Source of the DNA: an uncultured delta proteobacterium
GTDB taxonomy: Bacteria > Desulfobacterota > Desulfobacteria > Desulfobacterales > B30-G6
NCBI GenBank assembly: GCA_963744665.1
Contig: CAVUUM010000026.1
Location: forward strand, 97,270 to 161,269
Direction: 5' to 3'
Length of the DNA: 64,000 nucleotides
Shown here: positions 19,437 through 27,855 of the stretch, one piece after another
How the letters are laid out: every line of letters begins with the position of its first letter
Position numbering within the stretch: position 1 is the first letter of the stretch
Notes under the pieces: model-generated
Database searches by the model: none
Seen by the model: only the letters and a program-made list of their open reading frames with translations
Told to the model about the DNA's origin: nothing
Program-made: the position numbers and the translations under genes

Positions 19437-19588
19437 AATCGACTCACCATTAAATTAACCGCTTGACTTTCAATTCAACTTCCCTCTAAAGCACATGTCA
19501 TCAAATCGTTCCGATTTATAAGGGAAAATCAACACAAAGATTGGGACAAAAGACATTTTTGAGATAGTTTCTGCAAAGGAACCATGGC

Positions 19589-21595
19589 ATGACAGTTGTA
19601 TTGGGTATCGATACGGGCGGGACATATACAGATGCGGTTCTGATCAATTATGAGAACGGCAAAGTCCTGTCGAGTGCCAAGTCTTTGACGACGCACCAGG
19701 ATCTTTCCACCGGTATCCATGCGGCTGTCACGTCCGTTATGACCATCAATCGCAAAGCTATTTCCCCCAAAAAAATCTGCCTTGTGGGTCTGTCCACGAC
19801 CCTTGCTACCAACGCCATTGCAGAAGGGCACGGCGTCCCTGTTTGTCTTCTATTGATAGGGTATGACCGGGACTTGATCCATCAATACCGTTTCCAACAT
19901 GCCTTGGGAACACCCAATGTGGTCTATCTGCAAGGTGGGCATGACCAGCAGGGCAACGAACGTCGACCCCTGAACGAAGATGCCGTCAAAAATACCATTT
20001 TAAAGTGGCGAAAAAAAATCAATGCCTTTGGCGTCTCGGGCTATTTTGGTGCATTCAACCCGGAACACGAATTAAAGGTCAGAACATGGATAGAAGACCT
20101 TACAGATCTTCCGGTGACCTGCGGTCATGAACTTTCCACGCGTCTGGACGCCATCCGCAGGGCAACAACCGTGGCCCTGAATGCCCGATTGATTCCCATC
20201 ATACAAGATCTGATATTCAATGTCCGTGCCACCCTGAAAGCCCTGTCCATTCCGGCACCACTGATGGTGGTAAAGGGTGATGGAAGCCTGGTTCAAGCGG
20301 ATTGGGCCTTGAAGCGGCCCATCGAAACGGTCCTTTCCGGCCCGGCCGCAAGCGCACTGGGGGCCCTGAAACTCACCGGGGGAAAAAATACATGGGCTGT
20401 GGACATGGGCGGAACCACCACTGATATTGTCGAGCTCATTGAAGGTGCGCCGTCGCTCAATCCGAATGGAGCCTGTATTGGCGGATGGCGGACCATGGTT
20501 GAAGCCGTAGATGTTCACACCATAGGACTTGGAGGAGATAGCCATGTCCGTGTGTCTTCCGAAAACCAGTTGGTTATAGGTCCTAATCGTGTCATACCGC
20601 TATGCAAACTGGCCAGTGAATACCCGGACAAGGTAATGGGTACACTGAGAGCCCTTGGTAATTCAGACAAATCTGATCTGGATGCTACCCAGTTTCTGAT
20701 TTCGGGAAAAGCAGAACAACCCCAACTGTCTCAAAACGACGCAACACTATTGGCAAAATTGGATGATGGACCCCAACCGCTGACAACCATCACCGGCCCC
20801 GCTGCTTATGCAGACCCATGGATTTCAAAACGTATCCAGAACCTTGCAGAAACAGGTCTAATTCAATGCGCAGGCTTCACTCCAACGGATGCGCTGCACG
20901 TCCTGAAATGTTTTCAGGAATGGGATGCAGAGGCATCTCTACTGGCGGGCAAACTTCTATCCACCCATCTTGGATTGCCCACAGAAGTATTCTGCAAACA
21001 GGTGGTGGAAACCGTGTCCAGAAAGACCGCAACAGCCATTGCATCCAAGGCTATCACAGACGAAATGGGGAATCCTGATTGGAAACAGGTGCAAACTGAC
21101 GGGTTTCTGCTGAATAAAGCCCTCAAACAAGACCAGAAAGGAAAATTGATTCCAGAAATCAGATTGAAGCATCCCCTGGTCGCTCTGGGTGCGCCGGTAA
21201 CAGCATATATGCCCGGAGCCGCAGATATCCTGAGGACCGGGCTTTCAATTCCTGAATTTGCGGAGGTAGCCAACGCTATCGGAGCTGTCAGCGGTCAAAC
21301 GGTTTTACGACTCAGAATCCGCATCCGACCCATAAGCGGAAGTCAAAACGTCCGGCTTCTTTCCCCTCACAGCCCCAGGGATTTTTCTAATATTGAAGAA
21401 GCCGTTGAATATGCCATGGGTCACATGACACCCCTGGCAGAAGATATGGCACGTCAGGCCGGTGCCAAACATGTGCAGGTGCAGGTAATCCGAAAAGAAA
21501 AAAAGGCCAGAGCGAAAGGAAACAAAGAGGTATTTCTTGAGACCGAATTGACTTTCATAGCCCTTGGAAGACCGGCCATGGCATTTAAACAGTAA
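19589..21595 (+). CDS. Hydantoinase/oxoprolinase-family (ASKHA-fold ATPase) protein
   Basis: 668-aa ORF. The N-terminus VVLGIDTGGTYTDAVL and the later AVDMGGTTTDI are the two phosphate-binding motifs of the hydantoinase A family. Confidence 0.7.
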   Translation: MTVVLGIDTGGTYTDAVLINYENGKVLSSAKSLTTHQDLSTGIHAAVTSVMTINRKAISPKKICLVGLSTTLATNAIAEGHGVPVCLLLIGYDRDLIHQYRFQHALGTPNVVYLQGGHDQQGNERRPLNEDAVKNTILKWRKKINAFGVSGYFGAFNPEHELKVRTWIEDLTDLPVTCGHELSTRLDAIRRATTVALNARLIPIIQDLIFNVRATLKALSIPAPLMVVKGDGSLVQADWALKRPIETVLSGPAASALGALKLTGGKNTWAVDMGGTTTDIVELIEGAPSLNPNGACIGGWRTMVEAVDVHTIGLGGDSHVRVSSENQLVIGPNRVIPLCKLASEYPDKVMGTLRALGNSDKSDLDATQFLISGKAEQPQLSQNDATLLAKLDDGPQPLTTITGPAAYADPWISKRIQNLAETGLIQCAGFTPTDALHVLKCFQEWDAEASLLAGKLLSTHLGLPTEVFCKQVVETVSRKTATAIASKAITDEMGNPDWKQVQTDGFLLNKALKQDQKGKLIPEIRLKHPLVALGAPVTAYMPGAADILRTGLSIPEFAEVANAIGAVSGQTVLRLRIRIRPISGSQNVRLLSPHSPRDFSNIEEAVEYAMGHMTPLAEDMARQAGAKHVQVQVIRKEKKARAKGNKEVFLETELTFIALGRPAMAFKQ

Positions 21596-21789
21596 GCTGT
21601 AAGCACTGAGCGCATGCGGCTTAACGCTCAAAACGTATACCTCAGATTTATGTCTTGGCTTTTTTTATAAAATATCATAATTTTGAATGGAAACGACAGG
21701 TCCCTGGCCCGAAATTGTTTTACATTGATATAAAATGAGGCATCGCCGCTCATACGGCAACATACTAACGCTACTAATAGGAGCTCACC

Positions 21790-22587
21790 ATGTTAATTGT
21801 TGGAGAACTGATCAATGCAAGCCGAAAGACCATTGGCACGGCCATTGAAATAGAGGACGGGGAAAGCATAGCAAAAATCGCCAGAGATCAGGCCGAAGCC
21901 GGTGCTGATTTTATTGATGTCAATGCCGGTGTTTTTGTCGGTAAAGAGCCTGAATACCTGGAATGGCTGGTGAAAACTGTTCAAGCAGCCGTCGATAAAC
22001 CCTGCTGCATAGACAGCCCGGACCCCAAGGCCATCGAAAAAGCGCTGGCTGCCCACAAAGGCATAGCCATGATCAATTCCATATCCCTGGAAAAAGAACG
22101 CTATGACACCCTGATGCCCATCATTGCCGGAACCGATCTTAAGGTGGTAGCCCTCTGTATGAGCGACGAAGGCATGCCGGAGACCACCTCGGATCGAATG
22201 AGAATTGCCGATAAACTGATCAACGGTCTCATCCAGAATCGTATCCCCTTGGAAAATATCTATGTAGATCCACTGGTTCAACCCGTATCCACGAACAACA
22301 ACTTTGGAGTGGAATTTCTGAACGCCATCCAACAAATTATGAATACATTTGACGGTATTCACACGGTTTGTGGTCTTTCCAATATCTCATTTGGCCTGCC
22401 TCTCAGAAAATTTCTGAATCAGACATTTATGAGCATGGCCATTGCCAAGGGACTTGATGGGGCCATAGTCAACCCGCTGGACAAGAAAATGATGGCCAAT
22501 ATCATTGCAGCAGAAGCCCTTGCCGGCAGGGATGATTATTGCATGTCATACCTCAAGGCCTACCGGGCAGATCTCTTTGCATCTTAA
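21790..22587 (+). CDS. Methyl-corrinoid:tetrahydrofolate methyltransferase (pterin-binding, MtrH/AcsE-like)
   Basis: 265-aa ORF with GELINASRK, AGADFIDVNAG, INSISLE and VCGLSNISFGLP. These are hallmarks of pterin-binding (DHPS-like) methyltransferases found in bacterial corrinoid methyl-transfer systems. Confidence 0.75.
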   Translation: MLIVGELINASRKTIGTAIEIEDGESIAKIARDQAEAGADFIDVNAGVFVGKEPEYLEWLVKTVQAAVDKPCCIDSPDPKAIEKALAAHKGIAMINSISLEKERYDTLMPIIAGTDLKVVALCMSDEGMPETTSDRMRIADKLINGLIQNRIPLENIYVDPLVQPVSTNNNFGVEFLNAIQQIMNTFDGIHTVCGLSNISFGLPLRKFLNQTFMSMAIAKGLDGAIVNPLDKKMMANIIAAEALAGRDDYCMSYLKAYRADLFAS

Positions 22588-22637
22588 CGGAAATGAACAT
22601 ATGTGTTTTCACAATTTGCGATTGAAAGGAGTGTAGC

Positions 22638-23279
22638 ATGTCTGAAATAATTTACCAGGAAGCCATGGAGGCTATCCTGAAGGGTGATGTGGACAAAGCC
22701 GTTGACACCGCCAAAAAGGGGATCGACATGGGTATGGATCCTTTGGACCTGATGAACAACGGTTTCATCTCCGGCATCAATGAAGTGGGCGACCTTTTCG
22801 AAACCGGCAGACTTTTTCTGCCCCAGCTGGTTATGTCCGCCTCGGCCATGGAAAAAGCCACGGAAATTATCAATGCGGCCATTCCAGAAGGTAAGGGAAC
22901 CATATCCGGGAAAGTTTTGGTGGGGACGGTCGAGGGCGACGTACACGACATTGGAAAAACCATTGTCGTGGCCCTGTTCAAAGCCAATGGCTTCGATGTA
23001 CTGGATATCGGAAGGGACGCACCCATCGAACGTTTTATTGACGAGGCTGAAAAATTTGGAGCCGATATTATCGGTTCGAGCACCCTTTTAACCACCACCA
23101 TGGCCGTGCAGAAACAGATCGAAGAGGAGTTAAAAAAAGCCGGTATAAGGGATAAATACAAAACCCTTGTGGGCGGTGCTCCTGTAACCCAACGATGGGC
23201 AGACCGAATCGGTGCCGATGCCTATGCCCAGGATGCAAGCGACGGTGTGCGCAAGGTTAAGGAATTGTTAGCAGGCTAG
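22638..23279 (+). CDS. Corrinoid (B12-binding) methyl-carrier protein, MttC/MtbC-like
   Basis: 213-aa ORF with an N-terminal helical cap and GTVEGDVHDIGKTIV (DxHxxG) plus SSTLLTTTM and GGA. It ends in TAG (23277..23279). Confidence 0.85.
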   Translation: MSEIIYQEAMEAILKGDVDKAVDTAKKGIDMGMDPLDLMNNGFISGINEVGDLFETGRLFLPQLVMSASAMEKATEIINAAIPEGKGTISGKVLVGTVEGDVHDIGKTIVVALFKANGFDVLDIGRDAPIERFIDEAEKFGADIIGSSTLLTTTMAVQKQIEEELKKAGIRDKYKTLVGGAPVTQRWADRIGADAYAQDASDGVRKVKELLAG

Positions 23280-23382
23280 GAAGATTGGCGGCTGGGAGGC
23301 CGGAAAGCTGCTATCAGCTTATAGCGGACAGCCAATAGGAGCCTCCAGGCATATAACTTCCAAGCTTTCCAGCTACGACTGC

Positions 23383-23456
23383 GGGGAGTGGATCGCAATG
23401 GGATCGTGTGGACTCTAAATCCACATAGACGGGTGCAACTCCCGTACTCCCCGCCA
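23383..23456 (+). tRNA. pylT: tRNA-Pyl, anticodon CUA (amber suppressor), CCA encoded
   Basis: Folded by hand. The acceptor stem pairs GGGGAGU with ACUCCCC. The anticodon stem is 6 bp (UGUGGA/UCCACA) with loop CUCUAAA, placing CUA at 23415..23417. The variable loop is 3 nt (UAG). The T arm is ACGGG-UGCAACU-CCCGU, without the canonical T-loop sequence. The discriminator is G, followed by CCA. A long anticodon stem, short variable loop and single base between acceptor and D stem are the known oddities of tRNA-Pyl. Confidence 0.9.
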
Positions 23457-23533
23457 TTGATCCTTCGGATACCAGTGGCTCTTAGCCCTTGGCTTGTAGC
23501 TAAGCTAAAACCTAAAACATAACACCTAAAACA

Positions 23534-24376
23534 ATGACAATCTCCTGGACACAAACACAGATACGACGACTGAATGCCTTGAATGCCCCGGGCGCGGCAT
23601 TGAAAAAGACCTTCGATGACAAACCCGCGCGTGAGAATGCTTATCAAGCCTTGGAAAAATCACTGGTGATGACTCAGCGACAGCAGTTGGCGGAATTTCA
23701 AACCACGCCCGGCTGTCCCGAACTTTGCCGGCTTGAAACCAGGCTTGTCCGTATTCTGACGCAAGCCGGATTTGCCCAGGTAACGACCCCCATCATCATG
23801 TCCAGGGGACTGTTGAAGAAGATGTCAATCGATGCAAAGCACCCGCTCAATTCCCAAATATTCTGGCTCCAGGACGATAAATGCCTGCGACCGATGCTGG
23901 CGCCCCATCTCTACTATCTCCTGGTTGACCTGCTCCGCGTTTGGGAACGACCTGTACGAATCTTTGAAATTGGCCCCTGCTTCCGAAAAGAATCCAAGGG
24001 AGCGAAACACGCCGGTGAATTTACCATGTTGAACCTGGTTGAAATGGGTACCCCCGAGAAAACCCGGAAAGAAAGAATCCTGAATCTGGGCGCACGTGTG
24101 GCCACGGCAGCAGACGTGAAAGACTTTCGTTTTGAGACAGTGTCCTCGGAAATATACGGCGACACCATCGATATCGTCGCCGGAAAAGACAATCTCGAAA
24201 TTGCCTCTGCCGCCATGGGGCCACATCCTCTGGATCGGCCATGGAAGATAAGTGAATCCTGGATCGGAATCGGTTTTGGTCTCGAACGCCTCCTGATGGC
24301 CTCCCACCAATCCAGGAACCTTGCCAGGTTCTGTCGAAGCCTGTCTTATTTAGACGGCGTCCGGTTAAATATTTGA
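23534..24376 (+). CDS. pylSc: Pyrrolysyl-tRNA synthetase, catalytic C-terminal polypeptide (bacterial split form)
   Basis: 280-aa ORF with class II aaRS motifs LRPMLAP, FEIGPCFRKES and IGIGFGLERLL. It lies immediately 3' of the CUA tRNA. Confidence 0.9.
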   Translation: MTISWTQTQIRRLNALNAPGAALKKTFDDKPARENAYQALEKSLVMTQRQQLAEFQTTPGCPELCRLETRLVRILTQAGFAQVTTPIIMSRGLLKKMSIDAKHPLNSQIFWLQDDKCLRPMLAPHLYYLLVDLLRVWERPVRIFEIGPCFRKESKGAKHAGEFTMLNLVEMGTPEKTRKERILNLGARVATAADVKDFRFETVSSEIYGDTIDIVAGKDNLEIASAAMGPHPLDRPWKISESWIGIGFGLERLLMASHQSRNLARFCRSLSYLDGVRLNI

Positions 24377-24479
24377 GCACTCGGGAAGTTTTTAACCATT
24401 TTGGAGCGGGAGGAAGAATCCACGACCCCGGTACGCCAGCACATGTATAAGGCACCTAAAGAAAGAACAATATTCGATA

Positions 24480-25676
24480 ATGAAAGTAGCGATCATCGGT
24501 GGTAAACTTCAAGGGCTTGAAGCGGCATATCTTGCCGAAAAAGCCGGCTGGGATGTGACAATCATCGATCGGGCGCCCGATGTGCCGGCTGCGGGTCTCT
24601 GCCACCAGTTTTTGCTTGCCGACATTACCAACCAAACAGACTTGAAGCGCTTTCTGCAACCGTTTGACCTAATCATACCGGCCCTGGAGAACCATGACGC
24701 TTTAGCGTGTCTCCAAAATTGCGCACAAAATGACAGAACACGCATTCTTTTCGATTTCGATGCCTATGCCATCACCTCCTCCAAGATTGAATCGGACAAA
24801 CTGCTCGCCGGCATCCACATCCCCACCCCATCATCCTATCCCGACGGTGGTTTTCCTGTTATCGTCAAACCAAGTAGAAGCAGCGGCAGCAAGGGAATTT
24901 GTGTTGTTCATGATTCAAAACAACTTGAATCTCATCTTGCAACGGCACCCGGAGAGCAGGTCATTCAGAAATTTGTCCATGGCCCCTCATACTCCCTGGA
25001 AATCATCGGCTACCCGGGAAACTATTGTCCCCTCCAGGTAACCGAACTTGAAGTGGATCCGGTCTTTGATTGCAAGCGGGTGATTGCCCCCTCGGGTCTT
25101 TCCCAAAAAATGATTGCGGATTTCGAACATATCGCCGTCACCACTGCCAACGCCCTAAAATTAAAGGGTTTGATGGACGTAGAAGTCATTCTGGATTATG
25201 AGGTACTGAGAGTTCTCGAAATCGATGCGCGCCTCCCCAGCCAGACACCCATAACCGTGCATACCTCCACCGGTGTCAACATGCTTCAGTTGCTGGCAGA
25301 GCAACATTGCCGGCCGTCACACAATGGGGCGGGTATTGCTGTTGCCCAGAGAGGTGTCGTGTATGAGCATATCAGGGTTAGCGGCAGCACATTGGTTGTC
25401 ACGGGTGAACATGCCATGGCATCCGCAGGCGCTCTCCATCTGGTAGAGGATTTTTTCGGTGCCGATGAAGCCATCACCTCCCAGACGGGCAACCGGACGG
25501 ATTGGGTGGCGACATTGATCATTTCCGCAGAAAACAGAACCACGGCATGGGAGAAACGGGAGGCGGTTATCGCCGATATTATGCGTTTTTTTAATCTCGA
25601 CACCTACAGGGACCACAGCCCGTTCCATTATGGTGCTGACGAGCCATCCCTGACGTTGAAAGGATCATTCAAGTGA
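24480..25676 (+). CDS. pylC: Pyrrolysine biosynthesis ATP-grasp ligase
   Basis: 398-aa ORF. MKVAIIGGKLQGLEAAYLAEKAGW, FDFDAY, VIVKPS and LEIDARLPSQTP run parallel to my recollection of Methanosarcina PylC. Confidence 0.85.
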   Translation: MKVAIIGGKLQGLEAAYLAEKAGWDVTIIDRAPDVPAAGLCHQFLLADITNQTDLKRFLQPFDLIIPALENHDALACLQNCAQNDRTRILFDFDAYAITSSKIESDKLLAGIHIPTPSSYPDGGFPVIVKPSRSSGSKGICVVHDSKQLESHLATAPGEQVIQKFVHGPSYSLEIIGYPGNYCPLQVTELEVDPVFDCKRVIAPSGLSQKMIADFEHIAVTTANALKLKGLMDVEVILDYEVLRVLEIDARLPSQTPITVHTSTGVNMLQLLAEQHCRPSHNGAGIAVAQRGVVYEHIRVSGSTLVVTGEHAMASAGALHLVEDFFGADEAITSQTGNRTDWVATLIISAENRTTAWEKREAVIADIMRFFNLDTYRDHSPFHYGADEPSLTLKGSFK

Positions 25677-26521
25677 CCCGGCTGACATCAAGTGATATTC
25701 AAGGCATTTCCGAAGAACTGCCCGCATACGAATCATCACTGATGAAAAAAACCGGTTGCTCCCTGCGACAGCTTGCCTGTCGGGCAATGAAAGTGACTGA
25801 AATAGATGTCCAGACATCTTTGGAACACACCCTTGTGGGTGTCATACCCATGACATCGGGTGGCGGCGTATTAAAAGGATTTTGTGGGACTGTGGCAAAG
25901 ATTGTCAACCACATCGGTTGCAGAGCCTTTGCTACACGGAGTACGGATGCTTCGGGTATCGCCGAAGCAGTGGAAAAGAAGGCCGACATCCTCATGTTTG
26001 CCGATGAAAATCGGTTTGTCGCCCTTGATATGCAGCACCGCAAACTCATGGACAATGCCGATGCAACCGGCAGGGGCTTCGTGGCGGGTCTGAACCTCAT
26101 GGCAGAGAGCTTGAACGATCAAAAGGTACTTGTCCTGGGATGTGGTCCGGTGGGGCAGAGCGCGGTGAAGGCCCTGGCAAAAACGGGGTGCCGTATTTCT
26201 GTCTACGACATCGAAACAAAAGCATACGACCGCGTATCAACGGAATTCAAGAACGACCCGGATATTGAGATTCAATTTTTGTACAACCTTGATCTGGCAT
26301 TGCATCAACACGCACTCATGGTCGATGCATCCCCGGCGGGCGGTTTCATTGGGGCGCGGCATATCAGTCCCCATACGATTATCAGTGCTCCCGGTATGCC
26401 TCTTGGCCTTGACAGGTCAGCGCTGGCAGCCATCGGCGGCAGACTCCTCCACGACCCGCTTCAGATCGGGGTGGCAACCATGGTGGTCGGTGCTTTAGCC
26501 CGAACATTTCATGAAATTTGA
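25673..26521 (+). CDS. pylD: Pyrrolysine synthase (NAD-dependent dehydrogenase)
   Basis: 282-aa ORF with IPMTSGGG, ILMFADENRF, VLVLGCGPVGQSA and SAPGMPLG, as in PylD. A 4-nt overlap joins it to pylC. Confidence 0.85.
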   Translation: MTRLTSSDIQGISEELPAYESSLMKKTGCSLRQLACRAMKVTEIDVQTSLEHTLVGVIPMTSGGGVLKGFCGTVAKIVNHIGCRAFATRSTDASGIAEAVEKKADILMFADENRFVALDMQHRKLMDNADATGRGFVAGLNLMAESLNDQKVLVLGCGPVGQSAVKALAKTGCRISVYDIETKAYDRVSTEFKNDPDIEIQFLYNLDLALHQHALMVDASPAGGFIGARHISPHTIISAPGMPLGLDRSALAAIGGRLLHDPLQIGVATMVVGALARTFHEI

Positions 26522-26593
26522 CGAGAAATTTTTATTTATCTTTACATGGCAGCAGGTTGTCATATTATATCAAGTTAATCAGAATATCGAACG

Positions 26594-26935
26594 ATGAAAT
26601 CAAAAAAACCAGCCAAACGATTTTACCGCAAACGGGTGGAGCTTTTCCGTCTGATCGAGAAGATAAAACTCTGGCCAGCCAGAAGCGGTCTCCTCCACGG
26701 TATCAAATCCATCGACATCATGGGTGACCAGGCCCGTATCACAACCCATTGCAATAAAACATTCATGGTGAACAACTCCCGAAACAGCCGCGCGGCAAGA
26801 TGGCTTCGCAACAAATGGTTCAATGGGGCCTGCGGCGCATGCGGTGTCCCTGAGTGGAAACTAGAAAAATATGCGTCCACACAATTCAGACGTCACTTTG
26901 GGTCACAATTGCTGAAAAAGACTGGACCCGAATAA
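26594..26935 (+). CDS. pylSn: Pyrrolysyl-tRNA synthetase N-terminal tRNA-binding polypeptide
   Basis: 113-aa basic ORF (KRFYRKRVELFRLIEKIKLWPARSGLLHGI...HCNK...ARWLRNKW...CGACG). Its size, position after pylD and Cys/His pattern fit bacterial PylSn. Confidence 0.75.
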   Translation: MKSKKPAKRFYRKRVELFRLIEKIKLWPARSGLLHGIKSIDIMGDQARITTHCNKTFMVNNSRNSRAARWLRNKWFNGACGACGVPEWKLEKYASTQFRRHFGSQLLKKTGPE

Positions 26936-27115
26936 CCTTTGTAATCAAAGGGTATAACACCCAAACCTATCGTTGAACTTAACGTTTTGTCTTCTTGATT
27001 GTCAATCCTATACCATCGATATCGGAAAGAAGAGGTCGTTGCAGTAACCCTCGAAGAACATATATCAGGTTCTGCCAAACGTGATCAGCGAATGAGCGTC
27101 AACCACCAGGTTGTT

Positions 27116-27805
27116 CTATGACACACCAAATCCCGCTTCAATTTTTGGATCATAGGCAGCCTTTCGAGAAGGACAATCCTTGCGGTCACAAAGCTGGCAA
27201 CTGATAAATGGAACCTCTGTGGGAAAATAGATACCGGACACCGATTTTGCAGGAATCATCAGGCAGCTGCTGTTAAGGGAAACATTGATGGGGGTTTTCC
27301 CATCCCCAAACAAAGCAAACAAAGGCCGCTGTTCTTCCAGAGGCCAATCTGTCAATGACCCCGGGCTCATAAAGGACATACCCTCGAGGCCATACCCCGC
27401 CTGCAGCGTTTGTTCGAGATAGTTTCGCACGGTACTCAGGGCAATGTTGCCGATCACATCCAGATAGTATTTCACCACCAGGTCTTTCTGGGCATCCATC
27501 TGCTCCAGATAATGGCTTCCGATAGTAACAACAAATGGGAACACCCGCTCCACCGCTGCCAGGTTTTTTGCCAGCACCCGGCTCCTGAAACGCACCCCAT
27601 CAATACCGATGAGTTGGTCCTGCTTTTCATCGATATAGCAAACCCGGTAGACCGCTTTTGCCCGAATATCCGGCAAGATCGTCTGGATGAGAGTCTTGAC
27701 TTCGTCCCAGCGTGCACCCCTTTTCAGGTGAAGCTGGCGCCTGATTTCCCCAAAAGGCAAAGATAAAGGTATTTTTTCAAGAATATGCATTTTTTCTTCC
27801 AGCAT
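27116..27805 (-). CDS. Methionine-synthase activation-domain-like protein (corrinoid reactivation domain) with a C-terminal Cys cluster
   Basis: 229-aa ORF. SPGSLTDWPLEEQRPLFALFGDG...INVSLNSSCLMIPAKSVSGIYF resembles the MetH AdoMet/activation domain. The C-terminus reads CQLCDRKDC. It ends in TAG. Confidence 0.55.
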   Translation of the reverse strand: MLEEKMHILEKIPLSLPFGEIRRQLHLKRGARWDEVKTLIQTILPDIRAKAVYRVCYIDEKQDQLIGIDGVRFRSRVLAKNLAAVERVFPFVVTIGSHYLEQMDAQKDLVVKYYLDVIGNIALSTVRNYLEQTLQAGYGLEGMSFMSPGSLTDWPLEEQRPLFALFGDGKTPINVSLNSSCLMIPAKSVSGIYFPTEVPFISCQLCDRKDCPSRKAAYDPKIEAGFGVS

Positions 27806-27855
27806 CCGAACATCTATATCCGCTCAAAATATATTTTCAAGCGTTTTATCACGTT

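Noticed and set aside
21706-21725. A sigma-54-like promoter (ctggcccgaaattgtttt) upstream of the MtrH-like gene
   Set aside because: The GG-to-TTG spacing is one nucleotide short of the TGGCAC-N5-TTGC consensus, and the -12 GC is absent.
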